Assembly (NCBI GenBank): GCA_910584165.1
Contig: CAJTZU010000002.1
Span: 141,811-205,810, forward strand
DNA from: an uncultured Bacilli bacterium
GTDB taxonomy: Bacteria > Bacillota_I > Bacilli_A > RF39 > UBA660
Length of the DNA stretch: 64,000 bases
Direction of reading: 5' to 3'
The notes under the pieces were generated by a model that did no database searches, was not told the origin of the DNA, and saw only the letters and a program-made list of their open reading frames with translations. This document shows, one piece after another, positions 47,401 to 55,202 of the stretch. The translations under genes and the position numbers were made by a program. Position 1 is the stretch's first letter, and every line of letters starts with the position of its first letter.

Positions 47401-49337
47401 TCGAGGAATTAGGTATTGATAGAATATTCGTAGATGAAGCCCATTACTATAAAAATCTTTTTCTTTATACAAAAATGCGTAATGTTGGTGGTATAGCACA
47501 AACAGAAGCACAAAAGTCTAGTGATTTATTTATGAAATGTAGGTATCTTGATGAATTGACTGGTGGTAGAGGTGTTGTATTTGCAACTGGTACACCAGTA
47601 TCAAATAGTATGGTAGAACTTTATACTATGCAAAGATATTTACAATATGCAGAGTTAGAGAAAAGAAACCTACAACACTTTGACGCTTGGGCTTCTACTT
47701 TTGGCGAAACTGTAACTGCTATTGAACTTGCTCCGGAGGGAACTGGTTATAGAGCAAAGACACGATTTGCCAAGTTTTATAACTTACCAGAACTGATGGC
47801 TATGTTTAAGGAAGTTGCCGATATTCAAACGGCAGATATGCTTAATTTACCACTTCCAGAAGCCCATTATGAAACAATAGTAGCAAAGCCTACTGAAATA
47901 CAAAAAGAAATGGTAAAAGAACTTTCTAATAGAGCAGATATGGTTAGAAATAAAAAGGTTGATCCATCAACAGACAATATGCTTAAAATAACAAATGATG
48001 GGAGAAAACTTGCACTTGACCAAAGACTTATGAATGATATGTTGCCAGATGATCCAGAAAGCAAAGTATCATTATGTGCAAATAATATTTATAGAATATG
48101 GCAAGAGCATAAAGAAGAACACTTAACACAATTAGTTTTCTGTGATTTATCTACACCGAGTGAAGATAAATTTAATGTATATGATGAGTTAAAAAGAAAG
48201 TTGCAAGAGTTAGGTGTTCCAGAAGATGAAGTCGAGTTTATTCATAATGCCAATACCGATATACAAAAGAAAACTTTATTTTCCCAAGTAAGAAGTGGAA
48301 TAAAAAGAATATTGTTTGGTAGCACTTCAAAAATGGGTGCAGGAACAAACTGTCAAGACAAACTAATTGCAATTCATAACCTAGACTGTCCGTGGCGACC
48401 TGCTGACCTTATACAAAGAATTGGAAGAATATTAAGACAGGGAAACAAAAATAAAGAAGTTTATATTTATAACTATGTTACAGAGGGAACTTTTGACGCA
48501 TACCTTTATCAATTAGTAGAGAATAAACAACGATTCATTTCACAGATAATGACTTCTAAAACTCCAGTAAGATTTGCTGAAGATATAGATGAAGCAGCAC
48601 TTAATTATGCACAGATAAAAGCACTTGCAGCAGGTAATCCTTTGATAATGGAAAAGACTGATTTAGATACACAAGTTGCTAAATTAAAACTCTTAAAACA
48701 AAATCATTTGAGCCAAATATATGCTATGGAAGATAAGGTGGCAAAGTATTATCCTAGTGAAATAAAAAGACTAGAATCACGAATAGAGGGTTATAAAAAA
48801 GATATAGAACTAGCCGAAAAAAATACTCCAAATAGTGATGAAAAATTCCAAAGTATGATCATTAAAGGTGTAACTTATACTGATAAAAAACAAGCAGGAG
48901 ATAAGATACTTGAGTTATGTAAAAACATTGAAAAAACTGAAAAACAAGAGATAGGAAGTTATAGAGGTTTCAAGATGGAACTTGATTATGAGTATGGTAG
49001 TTTTCATATATATTTGAAAAATGAGTTATCACACTCTGTAATTCTTGGTAATGATAATCTAGGTAATATTACCCGTATCAACAATGAAATAGATGGTTTC
49101 TCTTTTGATTTAGAAAGAGAACAAACAGAGTTAGAGAATACCAAAATTCAATTTGAAAATGCTAAAGAAGAATGTAAAAGACCATTTAAACAAGAACAAG
49201 AGTTAAAAGAAAAATCAAAGCGATTAGATGAAGTAAATGTTCTGCTTAATATGAATGAAAAGGACAAAGAAGTTATAGATTTTGATGATAATGTCGAAGT
49301 AGAAAGTCAAAGGTGTAATAAAGACTATGAAAGATAA
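41442..49337 (+). CDS. Giant multidomain protein: ArdC-N (DUF1738) ssDNA-binding domain, disordered linker, N6-adenine DNA methyltransferase and SNF2-family helicase
   Basis: ArdC-N (QVLIYAQKPNASACAEIETWNKSLKRWVNKGATGIALL). MTase motifs LEPSCGVGNFLG and DGAIGNVPFD. Helicase motifs LLAHEVGAGKTFEM (Walker A), VDEAHYYKN (DEAH) and QRIGRILRQGN (motif VI). Confidence 0.8.
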   Translation: MANKLRNITELYSDTLKDISTNPNEWLSFLECAAMNYKYSFSDQVLIYAQKPNASACAEIETWNKSLKRWVNKGATGIALLSENNGNTYLRYVFDVSDTNSRHGKNIVLWSVTKPYEEYVIEALENRYGELEDNSNIAQAIISSANNMVEDNLPDYLSNLMYFRNNSFLEELDELNVRTIYKEALQKSVAYVMLKRCGINPNDYFDKEDFSILLNFNTYDTITRLGIATSDIAESGLREIYSTIKNVRMSEIDKIHTFDNISQNNYDIDDGRNIAERSDLDESNNISNSRRLSNTRPSTTTRTTSKWEIRIDEVKPLEEERQSLIHEPTNAGQITRPLDGNSSDSRDESGTNGRGDGEEREHYRGNESQESNELDRLNEQLEDVSRGDSSERTNLQLGIYEETSEGHYIVPDNKINQILAQAQLKVSNSEIKKYFEIEKDRSKRADFIKNAYDNTYTGVLVNEEMYGYKAFDNGLLFWKGNFLTKDTEILVSWEDLTDHYDSMILLHQLNDRVKRLPSVKEQMSLLDEEKDLPELEFSQEFVDKFFQECHTETKYRIYQQFQSSLSTTENVNFLKDLYGIGGSSHTIRGSGIGEEHDSKGITLYRGYFDGRKETLLKWNYVEKRIKELIKIDRYLNPKELQEYPTWLEKEKQRIELMEQENQIEEVIETPEDVVFDYRYKVGDQVYIGADKFEIIALDNDIVRLYDYQYPLFNQELSFDEFDRKVRENPCNDHLKVEIVVTEEKNDSFSAVEFEKQFPHNMRFKETSVIENNLYWVTQELFTESDLYKFQEAFKKTNFEKAYVTVRDLSNYVFEDDLSKNVLAIVTKDSINFTGYVDSITEVFGNEASDYFAQREEITQPNEYGEFNDEVDLVEHILSLYNMSDIAVNFNSNENIVAYADDMDLEGIEVYDFLLNQLFEYNEDGTVDLVDNHDLERLKEYRKKYETKVADQEKLEEDLIGKNITIGDREYIIDSITNDIVSLKDVTFQNGVGFPIFRDEELSNVLSILAEKKEEQKKETIIPNIAKKRRNRVTTFDTHPEIKNEDRNNFHITDDMLGVGSDREKFNRNVAAIKVLKKCEEENRFATPEEQKVLSQYIGWGGLSQAFEETSSWANEHLELKNILDEEEYRSAIESTRTSFYTPPVVIRTMYKALESMGMRDGNILEPSCGVGNFLGMIPDTLKDCKLYGIEVDSISGRIARQLYQKSSIAVQGYENTELPDSFFDGAIGNVPFDSLKLLDKRYDKHNFLIHDYFFAKTLDKVRPGGIVAFITSKGTLDKENPSVRKYIAQRADLLGAIRLPNNTFKDNAGTKVTSDIIFLQKRDSITDIEPDWVYLDTDENGIKMNRYFIDNPDMICGNMKMESTRFGMDSTCEAREDISLEEQLNNAISNIHAEIKEYEIDDIGEDEEDLSIPADYNVKNFSYTIVDNKIYYRENSRMYPQELPLTTENRIKGLIEIRECVRNLLELQTEDFPDEDIKQEQVKLNKLYDSFTKKYGLINSRANTSAFSNDNSFYLLCSLEILDENKELLKKADMFTKRTILPHKEVTSVDTANEALIISISEKARVDLEFMQKLCGLDMDKMLTDLEGVIFNVPEYGDPNIWVTADEYLSGNIREKLKIAKEFAEDDHRFNINVKCLEEVMPKDLEPQEISVRLGATWLPTDVIDDFIDYLLSPSNSIKDSIKVHFMESTAQWNVEGKNYDRRNVKAYSTYGTGRINAYKIIEETLNLKDVRIYDYIEKDGKKVPELNKKETAIAQAKQEQIKTAFDEWIWSDIDRRERLSKIYNEKFNSNRPREYDGSHINFHGMNPEITLRPHQVNAIARILYGNSNTLLAHEVGAGKTFEMVAAAMESKRLGLCNKSMFVVPNHIVEQFSSEFLQLYPSANILVTTKKDFETANRKKFCSRIATGDYDAVIISHSQFEKIPMSAERQRTILQNQIDDISMGVQDLKDHNGENFTIKQLVRLQKSLEAKLAKLNDTSRKDDVVTFEELGIDRIFVDEAHYYKNLFLYTKMRNVGGIAQTEAQKSSDLFMKCRYLDELTGGRGVVFATGTPVSNSMVELYTMQRYLQYAELEKRNLQHFDAWASTFGETVTAIELAPEGTGYRAKTRFAKFYNLPELMAMFKEVADIQTADMLNLPLPEAHYETIVAKPTEIQKEMVKELSNRADMVRNKKVDPSTDNMLKITNDGRKLALDQRLMNDMLPDDPESKVSLCANNIYRIWQEHKEEHLTQLVFCDLSTPSEDKFNVYDELKRKLQELGVPEDEVEFIHNANTDIQKKTLFSQVRSGIKRILFGSTSKMGAGTNCQDKLIAIHNLDCPWRPADLIQRIGRILRQGNKNKEVYIYNYVTEGTFDAYLYQLVENKQRFISQIMTSKTPVRFAEDIDEAALNYAQIKALAAGNPLIMEKTDLDTQVAKLKLLKQNHLSQIYAMEDKVAKYYPSEIKRLESRIEGYKKDIELAEKNTPNSDEKFQSMIIKGVTYTDKKQAGDKILELCKNIEKTEKQEIGSYRGFKMELDYEYGSFHIYLKNELSHSVILGNDNLGNITRINNEIDGFSFDLEREQTELENTKIQFENAKEECKRPFKQEQELKEKSKRLDEVNVLLNMNEKDKEVIDFDDNVEVESQRCNKDYER
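42283..42633 (+). CDS. Embedded +1-frame ORF encoding a TnpV-like small protein (116 aa)
   Basis: AAAGGAG SD lies 8 nt upstream of the ATG. The product has a globular composition and the ITY..GDY.IP.L...GKY..MR...L...LY.SLL..GKL.HL.EI...EEI...ELIYS pattern recalled for the TnpV family. In the main frame this stretch is low-complexity. Confidence 0.5.
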   Translation: MNQITYQTVGDYQIPDLVPPQEQQVNGKYALMRLSHLKKNDKALYTSLLMQGKLPDHLMEIQATAEMRVEQMVEEMAKKENITEEMKAKNPMNWIGLMNNLKMSAEEIVAKELIYS

Positions 49338-49386
49338 TTTGCACATTCGCAATTAAGAACTTCCTATTGTAAAATCTCAACAGGAG

Positions 49387-49725
49387 GTGCGAAAGGTGGA
49401 AAATTTTGATGAAACATTTATCAAAGACTATTGTGATGATAATTTTGCAGAATATCTTTCTGATATACTTGTGCGTTTGAAAAAGAGTAACCCTGAATAT
49501 AATTTGCTCTTAAAAAATCAAAGTAATCTAATGAATAAATACGATAGATTAGCAGATGTACTTGAAAATCATTGCTTATATTCTTTATCAAAAAATGAAG
49601 TAAAGGCATTGAAAAAGTATTTATTATTGAAAGATGATAGCAGAGAAATCGAAGAAAAAGAAATATTCATACAAGGTATGAGAGAATCTTATTTCTTATT
49701 TAAAAAATTAGATTTACTAAAATGA
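49387..49725 (+). CDS. Hypothetical small protein (paralogue of the 49763 gene)
   Basis: AGGAGGTG RBS. Shared C-terminal region L.KKEV..L..Y......R...E.K......G.R..YFL.KK..LLK. Confidence 0.5.
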   Translation: MRKVENFDETFIKDYCDDNFAEYLSDILVRLKKSNPEYNLLLKNQSNLMNKYDRLADVLENHCLYSLSKNEVKALKKYLLLKDDSREIEEKEIFIQGMRESYFLFKKLDLLK

Positions 49726-49762
49726 TTATTGATTAAAAACTGGTTGTAAGGAGGAGCAAGAA

Positions 49763-50104
49763 GTGGACTTCAATAAAATGTTTGATCAAGAGTGTGAAGA
49801 AAATTACTGGGATATAGTTAATTTTGTAACATCACATCTTATGAAAACAAGCAAAGAATATAAAAATTCTGCATATAGATGTTCCGATATTATAGAAGAA
49901 TATCCTAATTTAAAAACAGTATTAGAAGATGATACTCCAGTTGCTTTATCTAAAAAAGAAGTATCTGGCTTAATAGAATATATAAAAAAATCTTCTGATA
50001 GAAATACACTAGAAAAGAAACAACTGATATGTGCAGGTTGCAGAAGCAATTATTTTCTATTAAAGAAAATGGGACTACTAAAAGAAAATAATGAGAGCGA
50101 TTAA
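49763..50104 (+). CDS. Hypothetical small protein (paralogue of the 49387 gene)
   Basis: AAGGAGG RBS. Paralogous to the preceding ORF. Confidence 0.5.
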   Translation: MDFNKMFDQECEENYWDIVNFVTSHLMKTSKEYKNSAYRCSDIIEEYPNLKTVLEDDTPVALSKKEVSGLIEYIKKSSDRNTLEKKQLICAGCRSNYFLLKKMGLLKENNESD

Positions 50105-50127
50105 GTTTAATCTTGATCGCTTTTTTA
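50095..50127 (+). terminator. Rho-independent terminator
   Basis: GAGCGAT-...-ATCGCT hairpin followed by TTTTTT. Confidence 0.6.
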
Positions 50128-50215
50128 TCGTTTTGTCAAATATATAAAATAAAAATTTACACATTGGTTTTTAGTTCTCTTATCTTTTATAATTTGTGCC
50201 AGAAAGGAATTTATT

Positions 50216-50473
50216 ATGGATAAAAACGATTTAGAACTGATGACAAATTTAGCGAGAAATGTTGCTATTTACAGAACAAAAGCAAACTTATCTGCTAAAA
50301 AGTTATCAAGAATGGTAGGAAAACCTCCAGATTTTATTGATAAATTAGAACGACAGGAATTAAAACAAATACCGGCTTTATATGTTATTATAGCAATAAG
50401 TTTTGTATTAAAAGTCGGAATAGATGATTTAACAAAAGATAATTATATTGAAAGTTTATTACAGGAGGCATAA
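50216..50473 (+). CDS. Small XRE-like HTH protein
   Basis: HTH-like segment LSAKKLSRMVGKPPDFIDKLE. Confidence 0.5.
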   Translation: MDKNDLELMTNLARNVAIYRTKANLSAKKLSRMVGKPPDFIDKLERQELKQIPALYVIIAISFVLKVGIDDLTKDNYIESLLQEA

Positions 50474-50712
50474 TGCAAAAAGGAAGTAAAAGACTTCGAG
50501 ATATTGTTGTTTGTAATATTAAATATTATAGAGAACAAGCGAAGATAAGCCAAGAAGATTTATCATTAAAACTTGGCAAAAAAAAGGATTTTATAGAGAA
50601 ATTAGAAGATAAAGGAATGTATAGAAGATTCTTAACAGTTGTTTTGCTTGATGATATAGCAAGAATTTTAAAAGTTCCAACTGCTAGATTTTTTGATAAA
50701 ACATTGTCATAA
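50473..50712 (+). CDS. Small XRE-like HTH protein (paralogue, overlapping via TAATG)
   Basis: HTH-like segment ISQEDLSLKLGKKKDFIEKLE. Confidence 0.5.
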   Translation: MQKGSKRLRDIVVCNIKYYREQAKISQEDLSLKLGKKKDFIEKLEDKGMYRRFLTVVLLDDIARILKVPTARFFDKTLS

Positions 50713-50778
50713 GGAGCAATTTTAGTAATTAAAACTAGAGTTGCTCTTTTTTCATTTTAAAAGAAAGGTAGGTATATT

Positions 50779-51135
50779 ATGGAAGAAAAAATAAGACAAG
50801 AGTTATATGACAAGTTAGAAAATGAACTTGATTCATATAAAAAATCCTTATTAGAATTATCTAATAAAGAAGTAATAGACAAATCTTATGAAACTGCTAT
50901 TAAAGAAGAAATGATATATTTCTTTTATCCAGATTCAAAACAATTTGATATTAAAGAAATAAGAGCATTAAAACAAGAAGAAAATTCACTAGATAGTTTA
51001 TATAGAGGGTGGATGGACTGCGACTTAAATATTTGTCAATTACTAGAAGATAGTGTTCGTGATACTTTAGAAGATATAGTTGAAGAACAAAAAGAAAAAA
51101 TCAAAGAAGCAAAGAAAAAAGATAGAGAAAGGTAG
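50779..51135 (+). CDS. Hypothetical protein
   Basis: ORF with an RBS; ends DRER*. Confidence 0.45.
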   Translation: MEEKIRQELYDKLENELDSYKKSLLELSNKEVIDKSYETAIKEEMIYFFYPDSKQFDIKEIRALKQEENSLDSLYRGWMDCDLNICQLLEDSVRDTLEDIVEEQKEKIKEAKKKDRER

Positions 51136-51143
51136 ATGATATT

Positions 51144-52103
51144 ATGGCATATTATCCACCAGAAGTGATACAAAAAGCAAAGCAAATGGACTTATTAACT
51201 TATCTAAAAAATTATGAGCCAGATGAGTTAGTTCATTTTAGTAGAGATACTTATGTGACTAGAACACACGATAGTTTGAAAATATCAAATGGTATGTGGT
51301 ATTGGTTTTCACAAAGTATTGGTGGCAAAAGTGCATTAGAATATTTGATAAAAGTACGAGATTATTCTTTTTTACAAGCAGTAGAAACTATTGTAGGAAG
51401 TGTTGTAGCAGCACCACCTAAAATATATAAAGCAGTTAAAAAAACGATACCAGATAGACTAATGTTACCAAAGAAAGCACCTAATAATGATAAAGTAAAA
51501 TCTTATCTTATTGGCAGGGGAATTGATGAGGCTATCATACAAGAGTGTATTGATAATGATTTAATTTATCAACAATTTCCTAATAACAATGTAGTATTTA
51601 TTGGGTATGATCCTAATAAAAAAGCAAGATATGCAATGTGCAGAGGAACGAATGAAAGTAATTTCAAACAAGAAATATATGGAAGTCATAAGGCATTTTC
51701 TTTTCAGTTAGAAGCAATAGAAAGTAGAGATAGTGTTCATTTATTTGAGAGTGCTATTGATTTACTTTCTTATGCAACTCTAATGAAATTAGAAGATAAA
51801 GAATGGTATAATGAATCACTACTTTCACTTGCAGGAGTTTACAAACCGGCTACTAATATTGAAGATAGTAAGTTGCCACTTGCTTTAAATTATTACTTGA
51901 ATCAACACCCAAATGTTAAAAGAATCTACTTGCATTTAGATAATGATAAGGCAGGTAGAGAATCAACTGAAGCAATAAAATATTTATTAAAAGATAGATA
52001 CGAAGTCATTGATAATCCAGTTCCAATAGGTAAGGATGTCAATGATTTTTTATGTACCAAATTAGGAATTAAAACTAAAAATGCAAAAGAAAGAGAGAGA
52101 TAA
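51144..52103 (+). CDS. Primase-like protein (DUF3991-like N-terminus plus Toprim domain)
   Basis: Toprim acidic motif (HLDNDKAGRE in IYLHLDNDKAGRESTEAIKYL). The N-terminal layout is common in Firmicutes conjugative-element primases. Confidence 0.55.
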   Translation: MAYYPPEVIQKAKQMDLLTYLKNYEPDELVHFSRDTYVTRTHDSLKISNGMWYWFSQSIGGKSALEYLIKVRDYSFLQAVETIVGSVVAAPPKIYKAVKKTIPDRLMLPKKAPNNDKVKSYLIGRGIDEAIIQECIDNDLIYQQFPNNNVVFIGYDPNKKARYAMCRGTNESNFKQEIYGSHKAFSFQLEAIESRDSVHLFESAIDLLSYATLMKLEDKEWYNESLLSLAGVYKPATNIEDSKLPLALNYYLNQHPNVKRIYLHLDNDKAGRESTEAIKYLLKDRYEVIDNPVPIGKDVNDFLCTKLGIKTKNAKERER

Positions 52104-52106
52104 AAT

Positions 52107-52643
52107 ATGAGATTTAATTATTATTTATTAGGGGAAATTTTAAAAGAAAGAAGAATAGAAAAAGGACTTTCTAAAAATAAATTAGCCCAATATGTTGGAA
52201 TAAGTCAGCCAGAAGTTACAAGAATTGAGAACGGAACTAGAACAGTTCCGAATATAATTACACTTATTTATATGTGTGAAATTTTAGGCTTGGATTTTAT
52301 AAATTTATTAAAAATTACAGGCTATGTTGATAGAAAAAATTTAATGATGAAAGGAAATTATGATATGAAAAAATACAAAGTTAGTTCACAAAAACAAAAA
52401 GAATTAGAGTTCATTGTATATGCAGACAATGAAGAAAAAGCAATAGAAATTGTGGAAGATGTACTTGATGAAATAGATTTATTTGATAAAAAAATCAATC
52501 CAAATTTAAGAGAATTTGCCAATATAGAAGCAGTAGAAATCGAAGAAAATGAAGAAGAATTTGAAGAAAAAAGTAATAAAAGTAACTGTGAAACTTGTGA
52601 ATATTTTTGTTCAGAATGTGGCAGATGTACTTTAGAACACTAG
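52107..52643 (+). CDS. XRE-family HTH regulator with a C-terminal Cys4 zinc ribbon
   Basis: HTH LSKNKLAQYVGISQPEVTRIENG. C-terminal CETCEYFCSECGRC. Confidence 0.6.
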   Translation: MRFNYYLLGEILKERRIEKGLSKNKLAQYVGISQPEVTRIENGTRTVPNIITLIYMCEILGLDFINLLKITGYVDRKNLMMKGNYDMKKYKVSSQKQKELEFIVYADNEEKAIEIVEDVLDEIDLFDKKINPNLREFANIEAVEIEENEEEFEEKSNKSNCETCEYFCSECGRCTLEH

Positions 52644-52649
52644 ATTCTT

Positions 52650-52800
52650 ACTAGGACACTATGTCCTAGCCAGCACTGAAAACCTACTCCCGTAAGTTTT
52701 CGATTGTGGGGAAAACCCCAAACCCCTTATTAAGAATAAAAATAATAAAACGATTAAAAGATTAGTGCAACATTGTACTAATCTTTTATGACTTTAGAAA
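52650..52800. other. Candidate oriT: a cluster of inverted repeats and locally GC-rich sequence upstream of mobC
   Basis: CTAGGACA-CTAT-GTCCTAG; GAAAAC..GTTTTC; GGGGAAAACCCCAAACCCC; GATTAGT..ACTAATC. Confidence 0.4.
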
Positions 52801-52803
52801 GGA

Positions 52804-52957
52804 GATTTAAAATTGAAAGAATTATTATTTTTTATATTAGGTATGATAGTTGGTGGTCTTGCAATGACTACTTTAATGGCTTGTTTACAAATCAATAGAA
52901 TAAATGAAATGGAAGCAAGATGTTTGAAGTTAGAAAAGGAAAAGTCGGAGGTGCAAG
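52804..52957 (+). CDS. Possible small membrane peptide (TTG start)
   Basis: AAAGGAG precedes TTG. Predicted TM (FFILGMIVGGLAMTTLMACL). Confidence 0.3.
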
Positions 52958-53290
52958 ATGAGGACTAGAAATATCAAAAAACAAGTTTGGCTTAATAGAG
53001 AAGAAGCAACACTTCTAAAAAAGAAAGCCAAGAGAGTTGGCTTTAATGAATCAGAACTATTAAGAAATTTAATTGTAGGATTTGAGCCTAGAGAAAAACC
53101 AGATGAAAGATTTTATGAAGCATTAAATCAAATGAGAGCCATTGGTAATAATCTTAATCAAATTGCAAAAAAAGCAAATTCGCTTAATTTAGTCGATTAT
53201 CCGTTATATCAAAAAGAAGCAGATAAGTGGAATCAATTTATGATAAAGATAAAAAAAGAGTTTTTATTACCACAAAGTAAAGGAGAGTAG
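52958..53290 (+). CDS. mobC: MobC-family relaxosome accessory protein
   Basis: MobC signature (GNNLNQIAKKAN in ALNQMRAIGNNLNQIAKKAN) with an RHH-like N-terminus. Confidence 0.6.
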   Translation: MRTRNIKKQVWLNREEATLLKKKAKRVGFNESELLRNLIVGFEPREKPDERFYEALNQMRAIGNNLNQIAKKANSLNLVDYPLYQKEADKWNQFMIKIKKEFLLPQSKGE

Positions 53291-53293
53291 AGA

Positions 53294-53599
53294 ATGAATA
53301 AGGAATATTTTAAAGAGTACAATGATCCAGAGTTTTTATATCAAATGTTAAGTAGGCTTGAATCAGACTGCAAATATTTTTTAGGTAATGGAAATGGTTA
53401 TGAGAAACATTTATGGGCTTCCACAGTCGATAATCAAATATCAGCAATGAAAGAAATTTATAATAAACTTGAGGAAAAGCCAGAGTGGTTAACTTTAGAA
53501 CAAATAAATAATTATAAAAAAGATATGAAGTCAAAATTGAACGAAAAAAATTCAAGTCTTACTGAAAAAAATTATAAAAAAGATTCCTATGAAAGATAG
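53294..53599 (+). CDS. Hypothetical protein
   Basis: ORF that ends SYER*. Confidence 0.45.
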   Translation: MNKEYFKEYNDPEFLYQMLSRLESDCKYFLGNGNGYEKHLWASTVDNQISAMKEIYNKLEEKPEWLTLEQINNYKKDMKSKLNEKNSSLTEKNYKKDSYER

Positions 53600-53666
53600 A
53601 TTATTTTCTTGTTAAATGATATAATTATCTCACAGATAAATAGTAATTTGTTTAACGGAGGTAATT

Positions 53667-54257
53667 ATGAAAGAAGTGTTAATTTATTTATCAAATGAAT
53701 ATGCAGATTGGGAAATCGGCTATATTGGATTACAAGTTAAAAGTTCAAACAAGTATGCAATAAAAGTAGTATCAGATGAAAAAAGTAACATTATCTCAAT
53801 GTGTGGACTAAATGTTATGCCTGATTATAGTATAGATGAAGTTTTGAATAGCAATATGGATAATTATAAAATGCTAATATTATGTGGTGGAGATTTTTGG
53901 AAGAAAAATAATTTTACAAATGATAAAGTAAAAAAACTTATTGATTTATTTAAAGAAAATCATTTGACTATATCAGCAATATGTGATGCAACAACTTATC
54001 TTGCATATAATAATTTTTTAGATAATGTAGAACATACAGGTAATTCTGTGGAATATATTATTTCTACTTGCCCTAACTATAAAGGAAAGAATAAATATAT
54101 AAATAAGCAATCTGTAAGTAATAATGAATTTATAACAGCAAATGGTACATCGACATTAGAATTTACTCGTGATATTATGAAAAATTTACAGTTAAAATCT
54201 AATGAAGAAATAGATGGTTGGTATCAATTTAATAAAAATGGATTTTATCCAGAATAA
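53667..54257 (+). CDS. DJ-1/PfpI (class I glutamine amidotransferase-like) family protein
   Basis: LILCGGDFW and the nucleophile-elbow-like ISAICDATT. Confidence 0.45.
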   Translation: MKEVLIYLSNEYADWEIGYIGLQVKSSNKYAIKVVSDEKSNIISMCGLNVMPDYSIDEVLNSNMDNYKMLILCGGDFWKKNNFTNDKVKKLIDLFKENHLTISAICDATTYLAYNNFLDNVEHTGNSVEYIISTCPNYKGKNKYINKQSVSNNEFITANGTSTLEFTRDIMKNLQLKSNEEIDGWYQFNKNGFYPE

Positions 54258-54258
54258 C

Positions 54259-54270
54259 AAATTACAATTT
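54259..54270. promoter_or_regulatory. AAATTACAATTT palindromic 12-mer (copy 1 of 3)
   Basis: AAATT-AC-AATTT imperfect palindrome, 16 nt upstream of the 54286 ORF. Confidence 0.4.
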
Positions 54271-54285
54271 TGAAAGGAATTAGAT

Positions 54286-54567
54286 ATGAATAAAGATATT
54301 GATATATCAGAACAATTAAAATGTTTAATTGAAGAATATGATTTTAATATAGACACTTTATCAAAATATTTAAAATTGAATAATCAAGAAATACAAGAAT
54401 TGTCAAATGGAAATATAAGTTTTTTGAAAAGTGATAATGAATATAGGTTTAATTTATTTAATAAAATATCTTTCCTTTATGATAGTGCAATAAGCGAAAA
54501 AGACTTGAAATTAGATGCTTTTTTAAAAGTATTGATTTCTTATCATAATATATCTAAATATATCTAA
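54286..54567 (+). CDS. Hypothetical protein
   Basis: ORF with RBS GAAAGGAA. Confidence 0.45.
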   Translation: MNKDIDISEQLKCLIEEYDFNIDTLSKYLKLNNQEIQELSNGNISFLKSDNEYRFNLFNKISFLYDSAISEKDLKLDAFLKVLISYHNISKYI

Positions 54568-54728
54568 AAAAACAATATCTAAAATATCTGGAGTAGATGT
54601 AAAAGAAATAAACAAGTTTTTATCTTTAAAAAATAATAAGATTTCTATTGAAGATAAATACAAACTTGCAGTAACAACTATGTGTTTAAGATTTTTTCTT
54701 AAAGATAATGAAAAATTAGGTTAGCGAG

Positions 54729-54740
54729 AAATTACAATTT
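54729..54740. promoter_or_regulatory. AAATTACAATTT palindromic 12-mer (copy 2 of 3)
   Basis: Identical 12-mer, 13 nt upstream of the PEBP gene start. Confidence 0.4.
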
Positions 54741-54752
54741 AGGAGTGAAATT

Positions 54753-55202
54753 ATGGATTATGATAAATTAGAAATTGAAACAGTTTTTAAAGATGGAGAT
54801 ATTATTCCAATAGAATATACTGGGTATGGAAAAAATGTATCTCCGAAATTTAAAATTAAAAATTTATCAATTAAAGCCAAAAGTCTAGTAGTAATATTAG
54901 AAGATTTAAGTCATCCTATAAAAAATTTTACACATTGGATTGCTTGGAATATAAAAGCAGAATCCATTATTCCAGAAAATGTTGGAATTATGGAAAATGT
55001 TAAACAAGGAATTGCTTATGGATTTCACAAATACGCAGGAGCAAAGCCACCCAGATTTCAAAAACACAATTATAGATTTACTATATATTCATTAGATGAT
55101 ACTTTGAGTTTATCTTCTAATATTATGAAAAAGAAATTGTTAAAAGCAATAGAAGGACACATATTACAAAAAGGTACGATTATAGGTTATTTTAAAAGAT
55201 AA
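54753..55202 (+). CDS. PEBP (YbhB/YbcL, Raf-kinase-inhibitor-like) family protein
   Basis: SPKFKI..., the DLSHP...THWIAWNI motif, and YAGAKPPRFQKHNYRFTIYSLD (the Y.GP.PP...HRY.F motif). Confidence 0.7.
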   Translation: MDYDKLEIETVFKDGDIIPIEYTGYGKNVSPKFKIKNLSIKAKSLVVILEDLSHPIKNFTHWIAWNIKAESIIPENVGIMENVKQGIAYGFHKYAGAKPPRFQKHNYRFTIYSLDDTLSLSSNIMKKKLLKAIEGHILQKGTIIGYFKR

